In this document: positions 14,664 through 25,635 of the stretch, one piece after another
Position numbering within the stretch: position 1 is the first letter of the stretch
How the letters are laid out: each line of letters opens with the position of its first letter
DNA from: Mycobacterium tuberculosis H37Rv
GTDB taxonomy: Bacteria; Actinomycetota; Actinomycetes; Mycobacteriales; Mycobacteriaceae
Reading direction: 5' to 3'
Assembly (NCBI RefSeq): GCF_000195955.2
Contig: NC_000962.3
Location: 4,379,533-4,411,532, forward strand
Length of the DNA: 32,000 nucleotides
Position numbers and translations under genes: made by a program
The notes under the pieces: model-generated
Told to the model about the DNA's origin: nothing
Seen by the model: only the letters and a program-made list of their open reading frames with translations
The model's database searches: none

Positions 14664-17068
14664 CCGCACTGCAACTCGGCTGGGCCGCTTTGGCGCGCGT
14701 CACCTCAGCGATCGGCGTCGTGGCCGGCCTCGGGATGGCGCTCACGGTACCGTCGGCGGCACCGCACGCGCTCGCAGGCGAGCCCAGCCCGACGCCTTTT
14801 GTCCAGGTCCGCATCGATCAGGTGACCCCGGACGTGGTGACCACTTCCAGCGAACCCCATGTCACCGTCAGCGGAACGGTGACCAATACCGGTGACCGCC
14901 CAGTCCGCGATGTGATGGTCCGGCTTGAGCACGCCGCCGCGGTCACGTCGTCAACGGCGTTACGCACCTCGCTCGACGGCGGCACCGACCAGTACCAGCC
15001 GGCCGCGGACTTCCTCACGGTCGCCCCCGAACTAGACCGCGGGCAAGAGGCCGGCTTTACCCTCTCGGCCCCGCTGCGCTCGCTGACCAGGCCGTCGTTG
15101 GCCGTCAACCAGCCCGGGATCTACCCGGTCCTGGTCAACGTCAATGGGACACCCGACTACGGTGCGCCTGCGCGGCTCGACAATGCGCGGTTCCTGTTGC
15201 CCGTGGTCGGAGTGCCACCCGACCAGGCCACCGACTTCGGCTCCGCTGTTGCACCAGAAACGACGGCGCCGGTCTGGATCACCATGCTGTGGCCGCTGGC
15301 CGACCGGCCCCGGTTGGCCCCCGGGGCACCCGGTGGCACCGTTCCCGTCCGGCTGGTCGACGACGACCTGGCAAACTCGCTGGCCAACGGCGGCCGGCTG
15401 GACATCCTCCTGTCGGCGGCCGAGTTCGCCACCAACCGGGAAGTCGACCCCGACGGCGCCGTCGGCCGAGCGCTGTGCCTGGCCATCGACCCAGATCTAC
15501 TCATCACCGTCAATGCGATGACCGGCGGCTACGTCGTGTCCGACTCGCCCGACGGGGCCGCTCAACTACCGGGCACCCCGACCCACCCGGGCACCGGCCA
15601 GGCCGCCGCATCCAGCTGGCTGGATCGATTGCGGACGCTAGTCCACCGGACATGCGTGACGCCGCTGCCTTTTGCCCAAGCCGACCTGGATGCTTTGCAG
15701 CGGGTTAATGATCCGAGGCTGAGCGCGATCGCAACCATCAGCCCCGCCGACATCGTCGACCGCATCCTGGATGTCAGCTCCACCCGCGGCGCAACCGTGC
15801 TGCCCGACGGCCCGTTGACCGGCCGGGCGATCAACTTGCTCAGCACCCACGGCAACACGGTTGCCGTCGCGGCCGCCGATTTTAGCCCCGAGGAACAGCA
15901 GGGTTCGTCCCAGATCGGCTCCGCGCTCTTACCCGCTACCGCGCCCCGGCGGTTGTCCCCGCGGGTGGTAGCGGCGCCGTTTGATCCCGCGGTCGGGGCC
16001 GCGCTGGCCGCCGCGGGAACAAACCCGACCGTTCCTACCTATCTAGATCCCTCGTTGTTCGTTCGGATCGCGCATGAATCGATCACCGCGCGCCGCCAGG
16101 ACGCCTTGGGCGCAATGCTGTGGCGCAGCTTGGAGCCGAATGCCGCGCCCCGTACCCAAATCCTGGTGCCGCCGGCGTCGTGGAGCCTGGCCAGCGACGA
16201 CGCGCAGGTCATCCTGACCGCGCTGGCCACCGCCATCCGGTCTGGCCTGGCCGTGCCGCGACCACTACCGGCGGTGATCGCTGACGCCGCGGCCCGCACC
16301 GAGCCACCGGAACCCCCGGGCGCTTACAGCGCCGCTCGCGGCCGGTTCAATGACGACATCACCACGCAGATCGGCGGGCAGGTTGCCCGGCTATGGAAGC
16401 TGACCTCGGCGTTGACCATCGATGACCGCACCGGGCTGACCGGCGTGCAGTACACCGCACCACTACGCGAGGACATGTTGCGCGCGCTGAGCCAATCGCT
16501 ACCACCCGATACCCGCAACGGGCTGGCCCAGCAGCGGCTGGCCGTCGTTGGAAAGACGATCGACGATCTTTTCGGCGCGGTGACCATCGTCAACCCGGGC
16601 GGCTCCTACACTCTGGCCACCGAGCACAGTCCGCTGCCGTTGGCGCTGCATAATGGCCTCGCCGTGCCAATCCGGGTCCGGCTACAGGTCGATGCTCCGC
16701 CCGGGATGACGGTGGCCGATGTCGGTCAGATCGAGCTACCGCCCGGGTACCTGCCGCTACGAGTACCAATCGAGGTGAACTTCACACAGCGGGTTGCCGT
16801 CGACGTGTCGCTGCGGACCCCCGACGGCGTCGCGCTGGGTGAACCGGTGCGGTTGTCGGTGCACTCCAACGCCTACGGCAAGGTGTTGTTCGCGATCACG
16901 CTATCCGCTGCGGCCGTGCTGGTAACGCTGGCGGGCCGGCGCCTTTGGCACCGGTTCCGTGGCCAGCCTGATCGCGCCGACCTGGATCGCCCCGACCTGC
17001 CTACCGGCAAACACGCCCCGCAGCGCCGTGCCGTAGCCAGTCGGGATGACGAAAAGCACCGGGTATGA
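14660..17068 (+). CDS. Large extracytoplasmic conserved hypothetical protein (Rv3909), 802 aa
   Basis: ORF track 802 aa. It has an N-terminal signal/TM ([23 protein letters not shown]) and a C-terminal TM anchor ([18 protein letters not shown]). GTGA overlaps the mutT4 stop and ATGA overlaps the murJ start. Confidence 0.8.
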
Positions 17069-20000
17069 GACCCTCCCCTGGAGAGGTGCCCACGGCATCG
17101 CAGAGGCAGCCCGAGCTGTCCGACGCGGCGCTGGTATCGCACTCCTGGGCAATGGCATTCGCGACGCTGATCAGCCGGATCACCGGCTTTGCCCGGATCG
17201 TGCTGCTGGCCGCGATCTTAGGTGCGGCGCTGGCCAGCTCGTTCTCGGTGGCCAACCAGCTGCCGAACCTGGTCGCCGCACTCGTGCTGGAGGCCACCTT
17301 CACCGCCATCTTCGTACCGGTGCTGGCCCGCGCCGAGCAGGACGACCCGGACGGCGGCGCGGCGTTCGTGCGCCGTTTGGTCACGTTGGCAACCACCCTG
17401 CTGCTGGGCGCCACCACGCTGTCGGTGCTGGCCGCGCCACTGCTTGTGCGGTTGATGCTGGGCACAAACCCACAGGTTAACGAGCCGCTGACCACGGCGT
17501 TCGCTTACCTGCTGCTACCGCAAGTCCTCGTCTACGGCCTCTCGTCGGTATTCATGGCGATCCTGAACACCCGCAATGTGTTCGGGCCGCCGGCCTGGGC
17601 GCCCGTCGTCAACAATGTCGTCGCCATCGCGACCCTAGCGGTGTATCTGGCGGTCCCCGGCGAGCTTTCAGTCGATCCGGTTCGGATGGGCAACGCCAAG
17701 CTGCTGGTGCTCGGCATCGGCACCACCGCAGGCGTGTTTGCACAGACCGCGGTGCTGCTGGTGGCCATCCGGCGCGAGCACATCAGCCTGCGCCCCCTGT
17801 GGGGAATCGATCAGCGGCTCAAGCGCTTTGGCGCGATGGCCGCCGCGATGGTGCTCTATGTGCTGATCAGCCAGCTCGGCCTGGTGGTCGGTAACCGGAT
17901 CGCCAGCACGGCAGCGGCTTCCGGCCCCGCGATCTACAACTACACCTGGCTAGTGCTGATGTTGCCATTCGGCATGATCGGCGTGACGGTGCTGACCGTG
18001 GTGATGCCGCGGCTGAGCCGCAATGCCGCGGCCGACGATACCCCGGCCGTGCTCGCCGACCTGTCGCTAGCCACCAGGCTGACCATGATCACGCTGATCC
18101 CAACGGTGGCGTTCATGACGGTCGGCGGTCCGGCGATCGGTAGCGCGCTTTTTGCATACGGCAACTTCGGCGACGTTGATGCCGGGTACCTGGGGGCGGC
18201 GATCGCATTGTCGGCGTTCACGTTGATCCCCTATGCGTTAGTGCTGTTGCAGCTACGCGTGTTCTACGCCCGCGAGCAGCCGTGGACACCAATCACGATC
18301 ATCGTGGTCATCACCGGCGTCAAGATCCTCGGCTCGCTGCTGGCGCCGCATATTACCGGTGATCCCCAGCTGGTCGCGGCCTATCTCGGGCTGGCTAACG
18401 GACTCGGATTTCTCGCCGGCACGATCGTCGGCTACTACATACTGCGTCGGGCCCTGCGGCCCGACGGCGGCCAGCTGATCGGCGTCGGCGAGGCGCGAAC
18501 CGTCCTGGTGACCGTCGCCGCGTCGTTGCTTGCCGGACTGCTGGCACACGTGGCCGATCGGTTACTAGGGCTAAGCGAGCTGACGGCCCACGCGGGCAGC
18601 GTCGGTTCGCTGCTGCGGCTGTCGGTGCTGGCTCTCATCATGCTGCCAATTCTGGCTGCGGTCACCCTCTGCGCACGGGTGCCCGAGGCGCGGGCGGCGC
18701 TGGATGCCGTGCGAGCCCGAATCAGGAGCCGGCGCTTGAAGACCGGGCCTCAGACCCAGAATGTCTTGGATCAATCGTCTCGCCCCGGACCGGTCACGTA
18801 CCCTGAGCGGAGGCGTTTGGCCCCGCCGCGGGGGAAAAGTGTGGTCCACGAGCCGATCCGGCGCAGGCCTCCGGAGCAGGTAGCCAGAGCCGGGAGAGCG
18901 AAAGGACCGGAGGTGATCGACCGCCCATCGGAGAACGCCTCGTTTGGTGCCGCGTCGGGTGCCGAGCTGCCGCGGCCCGTCGCCGACGAGCTTCAGCTCG
19001 ACGCGCCAGCCGGCCGTGACCCCGGCCCCGTTTCCCGGCCGCACCCATCCGACCTGCAAAACGGCGATCTGCCCGCCGATGCGGCCCGTGGGCCGATTGC
19101 GTTCGACGCGCTCCGCGAACCGGACCGAGAATCGTCGGCCCCCCCAGATGATGTGCAGCTGGTTCCCGGCGCCCGCATCGCTAACGGCCGCTACCGCCTG
19201 CTGATCTTCCACGGGGGTGTACCACCCCTGCAGTTCTGGCAGGCGCTTGACACAGCGCTGGACCGCCAGGTGGCGCTGACCTTCGTCGACCCGCAGGGCG
19301 TCCTGCCCGACGACGTCCTCCAGGAGACCTTGTCCCGTACGTTGCGGCTCAGCCGGATCGACAAGCCCGGTGTCGCCCGAGTGCTTGACGTCGTGCACAC
19401 CCGGGCCGGTGGTCTGGTAGTCGCGGAGTGGATCCGCGGCGGTTCGTTACAGGAAGTCGCCGACACCTCACCGTCGCCGGTTGGCGCCATCCGGGCGATG
19501 CAGTCCCTGGCCGCGGCCGCAGATGCTGCCCACCGCGCCGGTGTTGCGCTGTCGATCGACCATCCCAGCCGGGTGCGCGTGAGCATCGACGGCGACGTCG
19601 TGCTGGCCTACCCGGCGACCATGCCGGACGCCAACCCGCAAGACGACATCCGCGGCATCGGCGCCTCCCTGTACGCCCTGCTGGTCAACCGGTGGCCGCT
19701 GCCGGAGGCCGGCGTGCGCAGCGGGTTGGCACCCGCCGAGCGCGACACCGCTGGCCAGCCCATCGAACCCGCCGACATCGACCGTGACATCCCCTTCCAG
19801 ATTTCCGCGGTGGCGGCCCGGTCGGTTCAAGGAGACGGCGGGATACGCAGCGCGTCAACGCTGTTGAATCTAATGCAGCAGGCGACCGCGGTGGCCGATC
19901 GCACCGAGGTGCTGGGACCGATCGACGAAGCACCGGTCTCCGCGGCCCCGCGCACATCCGCGCCCAACAGCGAAACCTACACCCGCCGCCGTCGCAACCT

Positions 20001-20619
20001 GCTGATCGGCATCGGCGCGGGTGCTGCCGTCCTCATGGTGGCCCTGCTGGTCTTGGCTTCGGTGTTGAGCCGGATATTCGGCGATGTCAGCGGCGGCCTC
20101 AACAAGGACGAACTGGGCCTCAACGCACCCACCGCGTCGACCTCGGCGGCCAGTTCGGCGCCGCCCGGCAGCGTCGTCAAACCCACCAAGGTCACGGTCT
20201 TCTCCCCCGACGGCGGCGCCGACAACCCCGGGGAGGCTGATTTGGCCATCGACGGCAATCCGGCCACTTCCTGGAAGACCGACATCTATACCGACCCCGT
20301 CCCGTTCCCTAGCTTCAAGAACGGAGTCGGTTTGATGTTGCAGCTGCCCCAGGCCACGGTGGTCGGCACCGTCGCCATCGACGTGGCCAGCACCGGCACC
20401 AAGGTGGAGATCCGCTCGGCATCCACGCCGACGCCGGCAACGCTGGAGGATACCGCCGTGTTGACTTCGGCCACCGCGCTGCGGCCCGGCCACAACACCA
20501 TCTCGGTCGAGGCGGCCGCGCCCACCTCGAATCTGCTGGTGTGGATCTCTACCTTGGGAACCACCGACGGAAAGAGTCAAGCCGACATCTCGGAGATCAC
20601 GATTTACGCCGCGTCCTGA
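17065..20619 (+). CDS. murJ: Lipid II flippase MurJ/MviN fused to a cytoplasmic pseudokinase domain and an extracytoplasmic C-terminal domain (Rv3910), 1184 aa
   Basis: ORF track 1184 aa. It has a polytopic N-terminal ~550 aa typical of MviN/MurJ, a kinase-like region with degenerate motifs (VALTF instead of VAIK, IDHPSRV instead of HRD), an extra TM (LLIGIGAGAAVLMVALLVLASVL), and a ~190-aa exported domain. Confidence 0.9.
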   Translation: MRPSPGEVPTASQRQPELSDAALVSHSWAMAFATLISRITGFARIVLLAAILGAALASSFSVANQLPNLVAALVLEATFTAIFVPVLARAEQDDPDGGAAFVRRLVTLATTLLLGATTLSVLAAPLLVRLMLGTNPQVNEPLTTAFAYLLLPQVLVYGLSSVFMAILNTRNVFGPPAWAPVVNNVVAIATLAVYLAVPGELSVDPVRMGNAKLLVLGIGTTAGVFAQTAVLLVAIRREHISLRPLWGIDQRLKRFGAMAAAMVLYVLISQLGLVVGNRIASTAAASGPAIYNYTWLVLMLPFGMIGVTVLTVVMPRLSRNAAADDTPAVLADLSLATRLTMITLIPTVAFMTVGGPAIGSALFAYGNFGDVDAGYLGAAIALSAFTLIPYALVLLQLRVFYAREQPWTPITIIVVITGVKILGSLLAPHITGDPQLVAAYLGLANGLGFLAGTIVGYYILRRALRPDGGQLIGVGEARTVLVTVAASLLAGLLAHVADRLLGLSELTAHAGSVGSLLRLSVLALIMLPILAAVTLCARVPEARAALDAVRARIRSRRLKTGPQTQNVLDQSSRPGPVTYPERRRLAPPRGKSVVHEPIRRRPPEQVARAGRAKGPEVIDRPSENASFGAASGAELPRPVADELQLDAPAGRDPGPVSRPHPSDLQNGDLPADAARGPIAFDALREPDRESSAPPDDVQLVPGARIANGRYRLLIFHGGVPPLQFWQALDTALDRQVALTFVDPQGVLPDDVLQETLSRTLRLSRIDKPGVARVLDVVHTRAGGLVVAEWIRGGSLQEVADTSPSPVGAIRAMQSLAAAADAAHRAGVALSIDHPSRVRVSIDGDVVLAYPATMPDANPQDDIRGIGASLYALLVNRWPLPEAGVRSGLAPAERDTAGQPIEPADIDRDIPFQISAVAARSVQGDGGIRSASTLLNLMQQATAVADRTEVLGPIDEAPVSAAPRTSAPNSETYTRRRRNLLIGIGAGAAVLMVALLVLASVLSRIFGDVSGGLNKDELGLNAPTASTSAASSAPPGSVVKPTKVTVFSPDGGADNPGEADLAIDGNPATSWKTDIYTDPVPFPSFKNGVGLMLQLPQATVVGTVAIDVASTGTKVEIRSASTPTPATLEDTAVLTSATALRPGHNTISVEAAAPTSNLLVWISTLGTTDGKSQADISEITIYAAS

Positions 20620-20653
20620 CCGGGCCGGGCACGGCCAGCCAGGGTGAAGTGCT

Positions 20654-21322
20654 ATGCCGCCACCGATTGGTTACTGTCCGGCCGTGGGTTTCGGGGGCCG
20701 TCACGAGCGCAGCGACGCCGAGCTGCTGGCCGCCCATGTCGCCGGCGACCGGTACGCCTTCGATCAGTTGTTCCGCCGTCATCACCGCCAGCTACACCGG
20801 CTCGCGCGGCTCACCAGCCGGACCTCCGAGGACGCCGACGATGCGCTGCAAGACGCGATGCTGTCAGCGCACCGCGGCGCCGGCTCGTTCCGGTACGATG
20901 CCGCCGTCAGCAGTTGGTTGCACCGCATCGTGGTCAACGCTTGCCTGGACCGGCTGCGTCGGGCCAAAGCCCATCCGACCGCCCCTCTAGAAGATGTCTA
21001 TCCGGTCGCGGACCGGACCGCGCAGGTCGAGACCGCGATCGCGGTGCAGCGGGCACTGATGCGGCTGCCCGTCGAGCAGCGGGCCGCGGTGGTCGCCGTG
21101 GACATGCAGGGCTATTCGATCGCCGACACCCGCCCGGATGCTGGGCGTGGCCGAGGGCACCGTCAAGAGCCGCTGCGCCCGGGCGCGGGCCCGCCTAGCG
21201 CGGCTGCTGGGCTATCTCAACACCGGGGTGAACATCCGGCGCTGACCCCGTTGCCGGTCCGTCGTAGCATCGATCCACGGGCTCGCCGCTACCCCACATC
21301 TGGCTATTGCCACCGGGCATGA
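20654..21322 (+). CDS. sigM: ECF sigma factor SigM (Rv3911); 222-aa ORF as read, but region 4.2 is encoded in the +1 frame ending at 21245
   Basis: ORF track 222 aa. It has region-2-like sequence (DALQDAMLSAHRGAGSFRYDAAVSSWLHRIVVNACLDRLR). After ...GYSIADT the in-frame tail is RPDAGRGRGH..., whereas the +1 frame reads ARMLGVAEGTVKSRCARARARLARLL, a canonical sigma region 4.2. Confidence 0.8.
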   Translation: MPPPIGYCPAVGFGGRHERSDAELLAAHVAGDRYAFDQLFRRHHRQLHRLARLTSRTSEDADDALQDAMLSAHRGAGSFRYDAAVSSWLHRIVVNACLDRLRRAKAHPTAPLEDVYPVADRTAQVETAIAVQRALMRLPVEQRAAVVAVDMQGYSIADTRPDAGRGRGHRQEPLRPGAGPPSAAAGLSQHRGEHPALTPLPVRRSIDPRARRYPTSGYCHRA

Positions 21323-21337
21323 CGGACACTGGGGCCG

Positions 21338-22102
21338 ATGAGTGCAGCCGACAAGGATCCAGACAAACATAGCGCCGATGCGGACCCGCCGCTGACCGTT
21401 GAGCTGCTGGCCGACCTGCAAGCAGGTCTGCTGGACGACGCAACCGCCGCCCGCATCCGCAGCCGGGTCCGCTCAGACCCGCAGGCTCAGCAAATCCTGC
21501 GCGCGTTGAACCGGGTACGCCGCGATGTCGCCGCGATGGGTGCCGACCCCGCTTGGGGGCCAGCTGCTCGCCCAGCGGTCGTCGACAGCATTTCGGCGGC
21601 CTTACGGTCGGCGCGCCCGAACAGCTCACCCGGCGCCGCTCACGCCGCCCGTCCGCACGTCCACCCCGTCCGAATGATCGCCGGCGCGGCCGGATTGTGC
21701 GCCGTGGCCACAGCGATCGGTGTCGGCGCCGTGGTCGATGCACCGCCACCCGCACCGAGTGCACCGACAACCGCGCAGCACATCACGGTGTCAAAACCTG
21801 CCCCGGTGATTCCGCTGTCTCGGCCGCAGGTTCTCGACCTGCTTCACCACACCCCGGACTATGGCCCACCCGGAGGCCCGCTGGGCGATCCGTCCCGGCG
21901 TACGTCCTGCCTGAGCGGCCTCGGCTATCCGGCGTCCACGCCGGTGCTGGGCGCGCAGCCGATCGATATCGACGCTCGGCCCGCCGTACTGCTGGTGATA
22001 CCCGCGGACACGCCCGACAAACTGGCCGTTTTTGCGGTCGCGCCGCACTGCAGCGCCGCCGATACCGGGTTGTTGGCTAGCACCGTGGTCCCCCGCGCAT
22101 GA
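21338..22102 (+). CDS. rsmA: Anti-sigma-M factor RsmA, single-pass membrane protein (Rv3912), 254 aa
   Basis: ORF track 254 aa. It lies immediately downstream of the ECF sigma gene, with a central TM (MIAGAAGLCAVATAIGVGAVV), the usual ECF anti-sigma architecture. The name is recalled from the literature. Confidence 0.7.
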   Translation: MSAADKDPDKHSADADPPLTVELLADLQAGLLDDATAARIRSRVRSDPQAQQILRALNRVRRDVAAMGADPAWGPAARPAVVDSISAALRSARPNSSPGAAHAARPHVHPVRMIAGAAGLCAVATAIGVGAVVDAPPPAPSAPTTAQHITVSKPAPVIPLSRPQVLDLLHHTPDYGPPGGPLGDPSRRTSCLSGLGYPASTPVLGAQPIDIDARPAVLLVIPADTPDKLAVFAVAPHCSAADTGLLASTVVPRA

Positions 22103-23550
<1,448 letters not shown>

Positions 23551-23551
23551 C

Positions 23552-23574
23552 CCCCGCGGTTAGCCTGGGGTTTT
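23552..23574 (+). terminator. Candidate intrinsic terminator after trxC
   Basis: CCCCGCGG-TTAG-CCTGGGG followed by TTTT, starting 2 nt after the trxC TAG. The stem has one bulge and one G-U pair. Confidence 0.3.
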
Positions 23575-23659
23575 CCCGAAATCGGCAAGGATCTGCGACA
23601 ATACCGGTTGGCTGGTCCGCATTGTCAACGATGTGAGCTAATCCCGGAGGGCCCTTGGT

Positions 23660-24880
23660 ATGCCGAGTCCGCGCCGCGAAGACGGCGATGCGCTGCGCTG
23701 TGGCGACCGCAGTGCGGCCGTCACCGAGATCCGGGCTGCGCTGACCGCGTTAGGGATGCTGGATCATCAGGAAGAAGACCTGACGACGGGCCGTAACGTC
23801 GCCCTTGAGTTGTTCGACGCGCAGCTCGACCAGGCGGTCCGTGCCTTCCAACAGCATCGCGGCCTGCTGGTGGACGGCATCGTCGGTGAGGCCACCTACC
23901 GCGCGTTGAAAGAAGCCTCCTACCGGCTCGGGGCCCGCACGCTGTACCACCAATTCGGCGCCCCGCTCTACGGGGACGACGTCGCTACACTGCAGGCCCG
24001 GCTGCAGGATCTTGGTTTCTACACCGGGCTGGTCGACGGTCATTTCGGGTTGCAGACCCACAATGCGTTGATGTCCTATCAGCGTGAGTACGGACTTGCC
24101 GCAGACGGTATCTGCGGCCCAGAAACGTTGCGCTCCTTGTACTTTCTAAGTTCGCGAGTCAGCGGTGGCTCGCCACATGCGATTCGCGAAGAAGAGCTGG
24201 TCCGCAGCTCGGGGCCGAAGCTGTCTGGCAAACGGATCATCATTGATCCCGGTCGCGGCGGCGTGGACCACGGACTTATCGCGCAAGGTCCGGCTGGGCC
24301 CATCAGCGAAGCAGACTTGTTGTGGGACTTGGCAAGTCGGCTCGAAGGACGGATGGCAGCTATCGGTATGGAGACCCACCTGTCCCGTCCGACCAACCGT
24401 AGTCCGTCCGACGCAGAGCGTGCCGCCACCGCCAACGCCGTTGGCGCAGACCTGATGATCAGCCTGCGCTGCGAGACCCAGACCAGTCTCGCGGCCAACG
24501 GCGTGGCTTCCTTTCACTTCGGCAACTCGCACGGCTCGGTGTCTACCATCGGCCGCAATCTTGCCGATTTCATTCAACGAGAAGTGGTGGCGCGCACCGG
24601 TTTACGGGATTGCCGTGTGCATGGTCGAACGTGGGATCTGTTGCGGCTGACCAGGATGCCGACCGTTCAGGTCGATATCGGCTACATCACCAACCCCCAC
24701 GATCGTGGGATGCTGGTCTCAACGCAGACGCGCGATGCCATCGCCGAAGGCATTCTCGCCGCGGTCAAACGGCTGTATCTGTTAGGCAAGAACGATCGGC
24801 CCACCGGCACATTCACTTTCGCCGAGTTGCTGGCCCACGAACTGTCTGTCGAGCGAGCGGGTAGACTCGGCGGTTCTTAA
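23660..24880 (+). CDS. cwlM: CwlM, peptidoglycan-binding amidase_3-family protein (Rv3915), 406 aa
   Basis: ORF track 406 aa. It has two PG-binding repeats (RAFQQHRGLLVDGIVGEATYRAL and MSYQREYGLAADGICGPETLRSL) plus an amidase_3 domain (IIIDPGRGGVDHG). A GGAGG Shine-Dalgarno sequence precedes the ATG. Confidence 0.9.
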   Translation: MPSPRREDGDALRCGDRSAAVTEIRAALTALGMLDHQEEDLTTGRNVALELFDAQLDQAVRAFQQHRGLLVDGIVGEATYRALKEASYRLGARTLYHQFGAPLYGDDVATLQARLQDLGFYTGLVDGHFGLQTHNALMSYQREYGLAADGICGPETLRSLYFLSSRVSGGSPHAIREEELVRSSGPKLSGKRIIIDPGRGGVDHGLIAQGPAGPISEADLLWDLASRLEGRMAAIGMETHLSRPTNRSPSDAERAATANAVGADLMISLRCETQTSLAANGVASFHFGNSHGSVSTIGRNLADFIQREVVARTGLRDCRVHGRTWDLLRLTRMPTVQVDIGYITNPHDRGMLVSTQTRDAIAEGILAAVKRLYLLGKNDRPTGTFTFAELLAHELSVERAGRLGGS

Positions 24881-24900
24881 GCCCAGTGGCCGCGTGGGGT

Positions 24901-25635
24901 TTACGACGTGTTGCCGGCCGTCGACCCCGCTGCTATCGGCTCTTGCAGTCGAGCATTCTCCAGCAAGCGTTCAAGAGCGGCCTCGACTTCGGCTTTCCAC
25001 CCCAGCCCTTTGTCCAGTTCGAGGCGTAGCCTCGGAAAGTACGGGTGCGGTGCCACCACGACGAAACCCACGTCCATCAAGAAGTTCGCGTCGATGATGC
25101 AGTGTTCGACACAGCAGTCGCCGAGGGCCTCCAACACCGGCCGCACATCAGGTGTTACCGCGCCCGGGTTTTGCAAATCGGTGGCCGCTGGTGTCCGGCC
25201 GAAAGCTTCCAGCGCCCGGACGCCGCGCCGAACCAACTCTTCAATCACCCGGGCAATCAGACTGTGCGGTAAGTCGTCATCTGCTTGCCCGCGCTCGATG
25301 CCCATCGACGTAAGCAGCACCGCGTCCGCCGACACCGGCGCGGTAGGAAACCGCTGGGCTCGCGGCACCGCACTGGGCGGAGCGTAGAGCACATACCCGA
25401 GGCAGGGTGGTTCGGCGTGGCTGCGCTCATCCGGGACTGCCGTTGCGACCTGACCGCACGAACCCCACTCCAGCATCACCATCGACAACCAGGCTTCCTT
25501 TTCGAATTCGGGGTCGGCGAGGTGGTCGTCTTTGCCGAGAATCGCGGGGTCGACCTCCCAGAAAACGCAGCGTCGCGCATGCTTGGGGAGCTGCTCGAAG
25601 GCTTCGAGTCGTAACGCTGTGATACGAGCGGACAC
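24901..25635 (-). CDS. Conserved hypothetical protein (Rv3916c), 244 aa from GTG 25635
   Basis: ORF track 24901..25665 (254 aa). The start choice (GTG 25635) comes from recollection of a 244-aa product, and the function is unknown to me. It is convergent with cwlM, with a 20-nt gap. Confidence 0.6.
   Translation of the reverse strand: MSARITALRLEAFEQLPKHARRCVFWEVDPAILGKDDHLADPEFEKEAWLSMVMLEWGSCGQVATAVPDERSHAEPPCLGYVLYAPPSAVPRAQRFPTAPVSADAVLLTSMGIERGQADDDLPHSLIARVIEELVRRGVRALEAFGRTPAATDLQNPGAVTPDVRPVLEALGDCCVEHCIIDANFLMDVGFVVVAPHPYFPRLRLELDKGLGWKAEVEAALERLLENARLQEPIAAGSTAGNTS

Noticed and set aside
18571-20580. Minus-strand ORFs of 275 and 236 aa inside murJ, and similar ones at 10953-11723 and 26767-27531
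   Set aside because: These are antisense shadow ORFs within well-supported genes (murJ, esxE/esxF/Rv3906c, parB/parA). The composition is off-frame-like.
20557-20590. GGGAACC upstream of sigM as an autoregulatory ECF promoter
   Set aside because: No CGTC/GTT-type -10 element lies at a 16-18-nt spacing (the sequence there is AAGC), so the -35-like match alone is not support.
21128-21137. Programmed +1/-1 ribosomal frameshifting in sigM
   Set aside because: ACCCGCCCGG is not a recognised slippery heptamer, and I see no downstream stimulatory structure. A simple 1-nt indel in a C-run is the economical explanation.
24881-24900. Bidirectional terminator in the 20-nt gap between convergent cwlM and Rv3916c
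   Set aside because: Only a 4-bp CCCA/TGGG complementarity is present, which is too weak to call.
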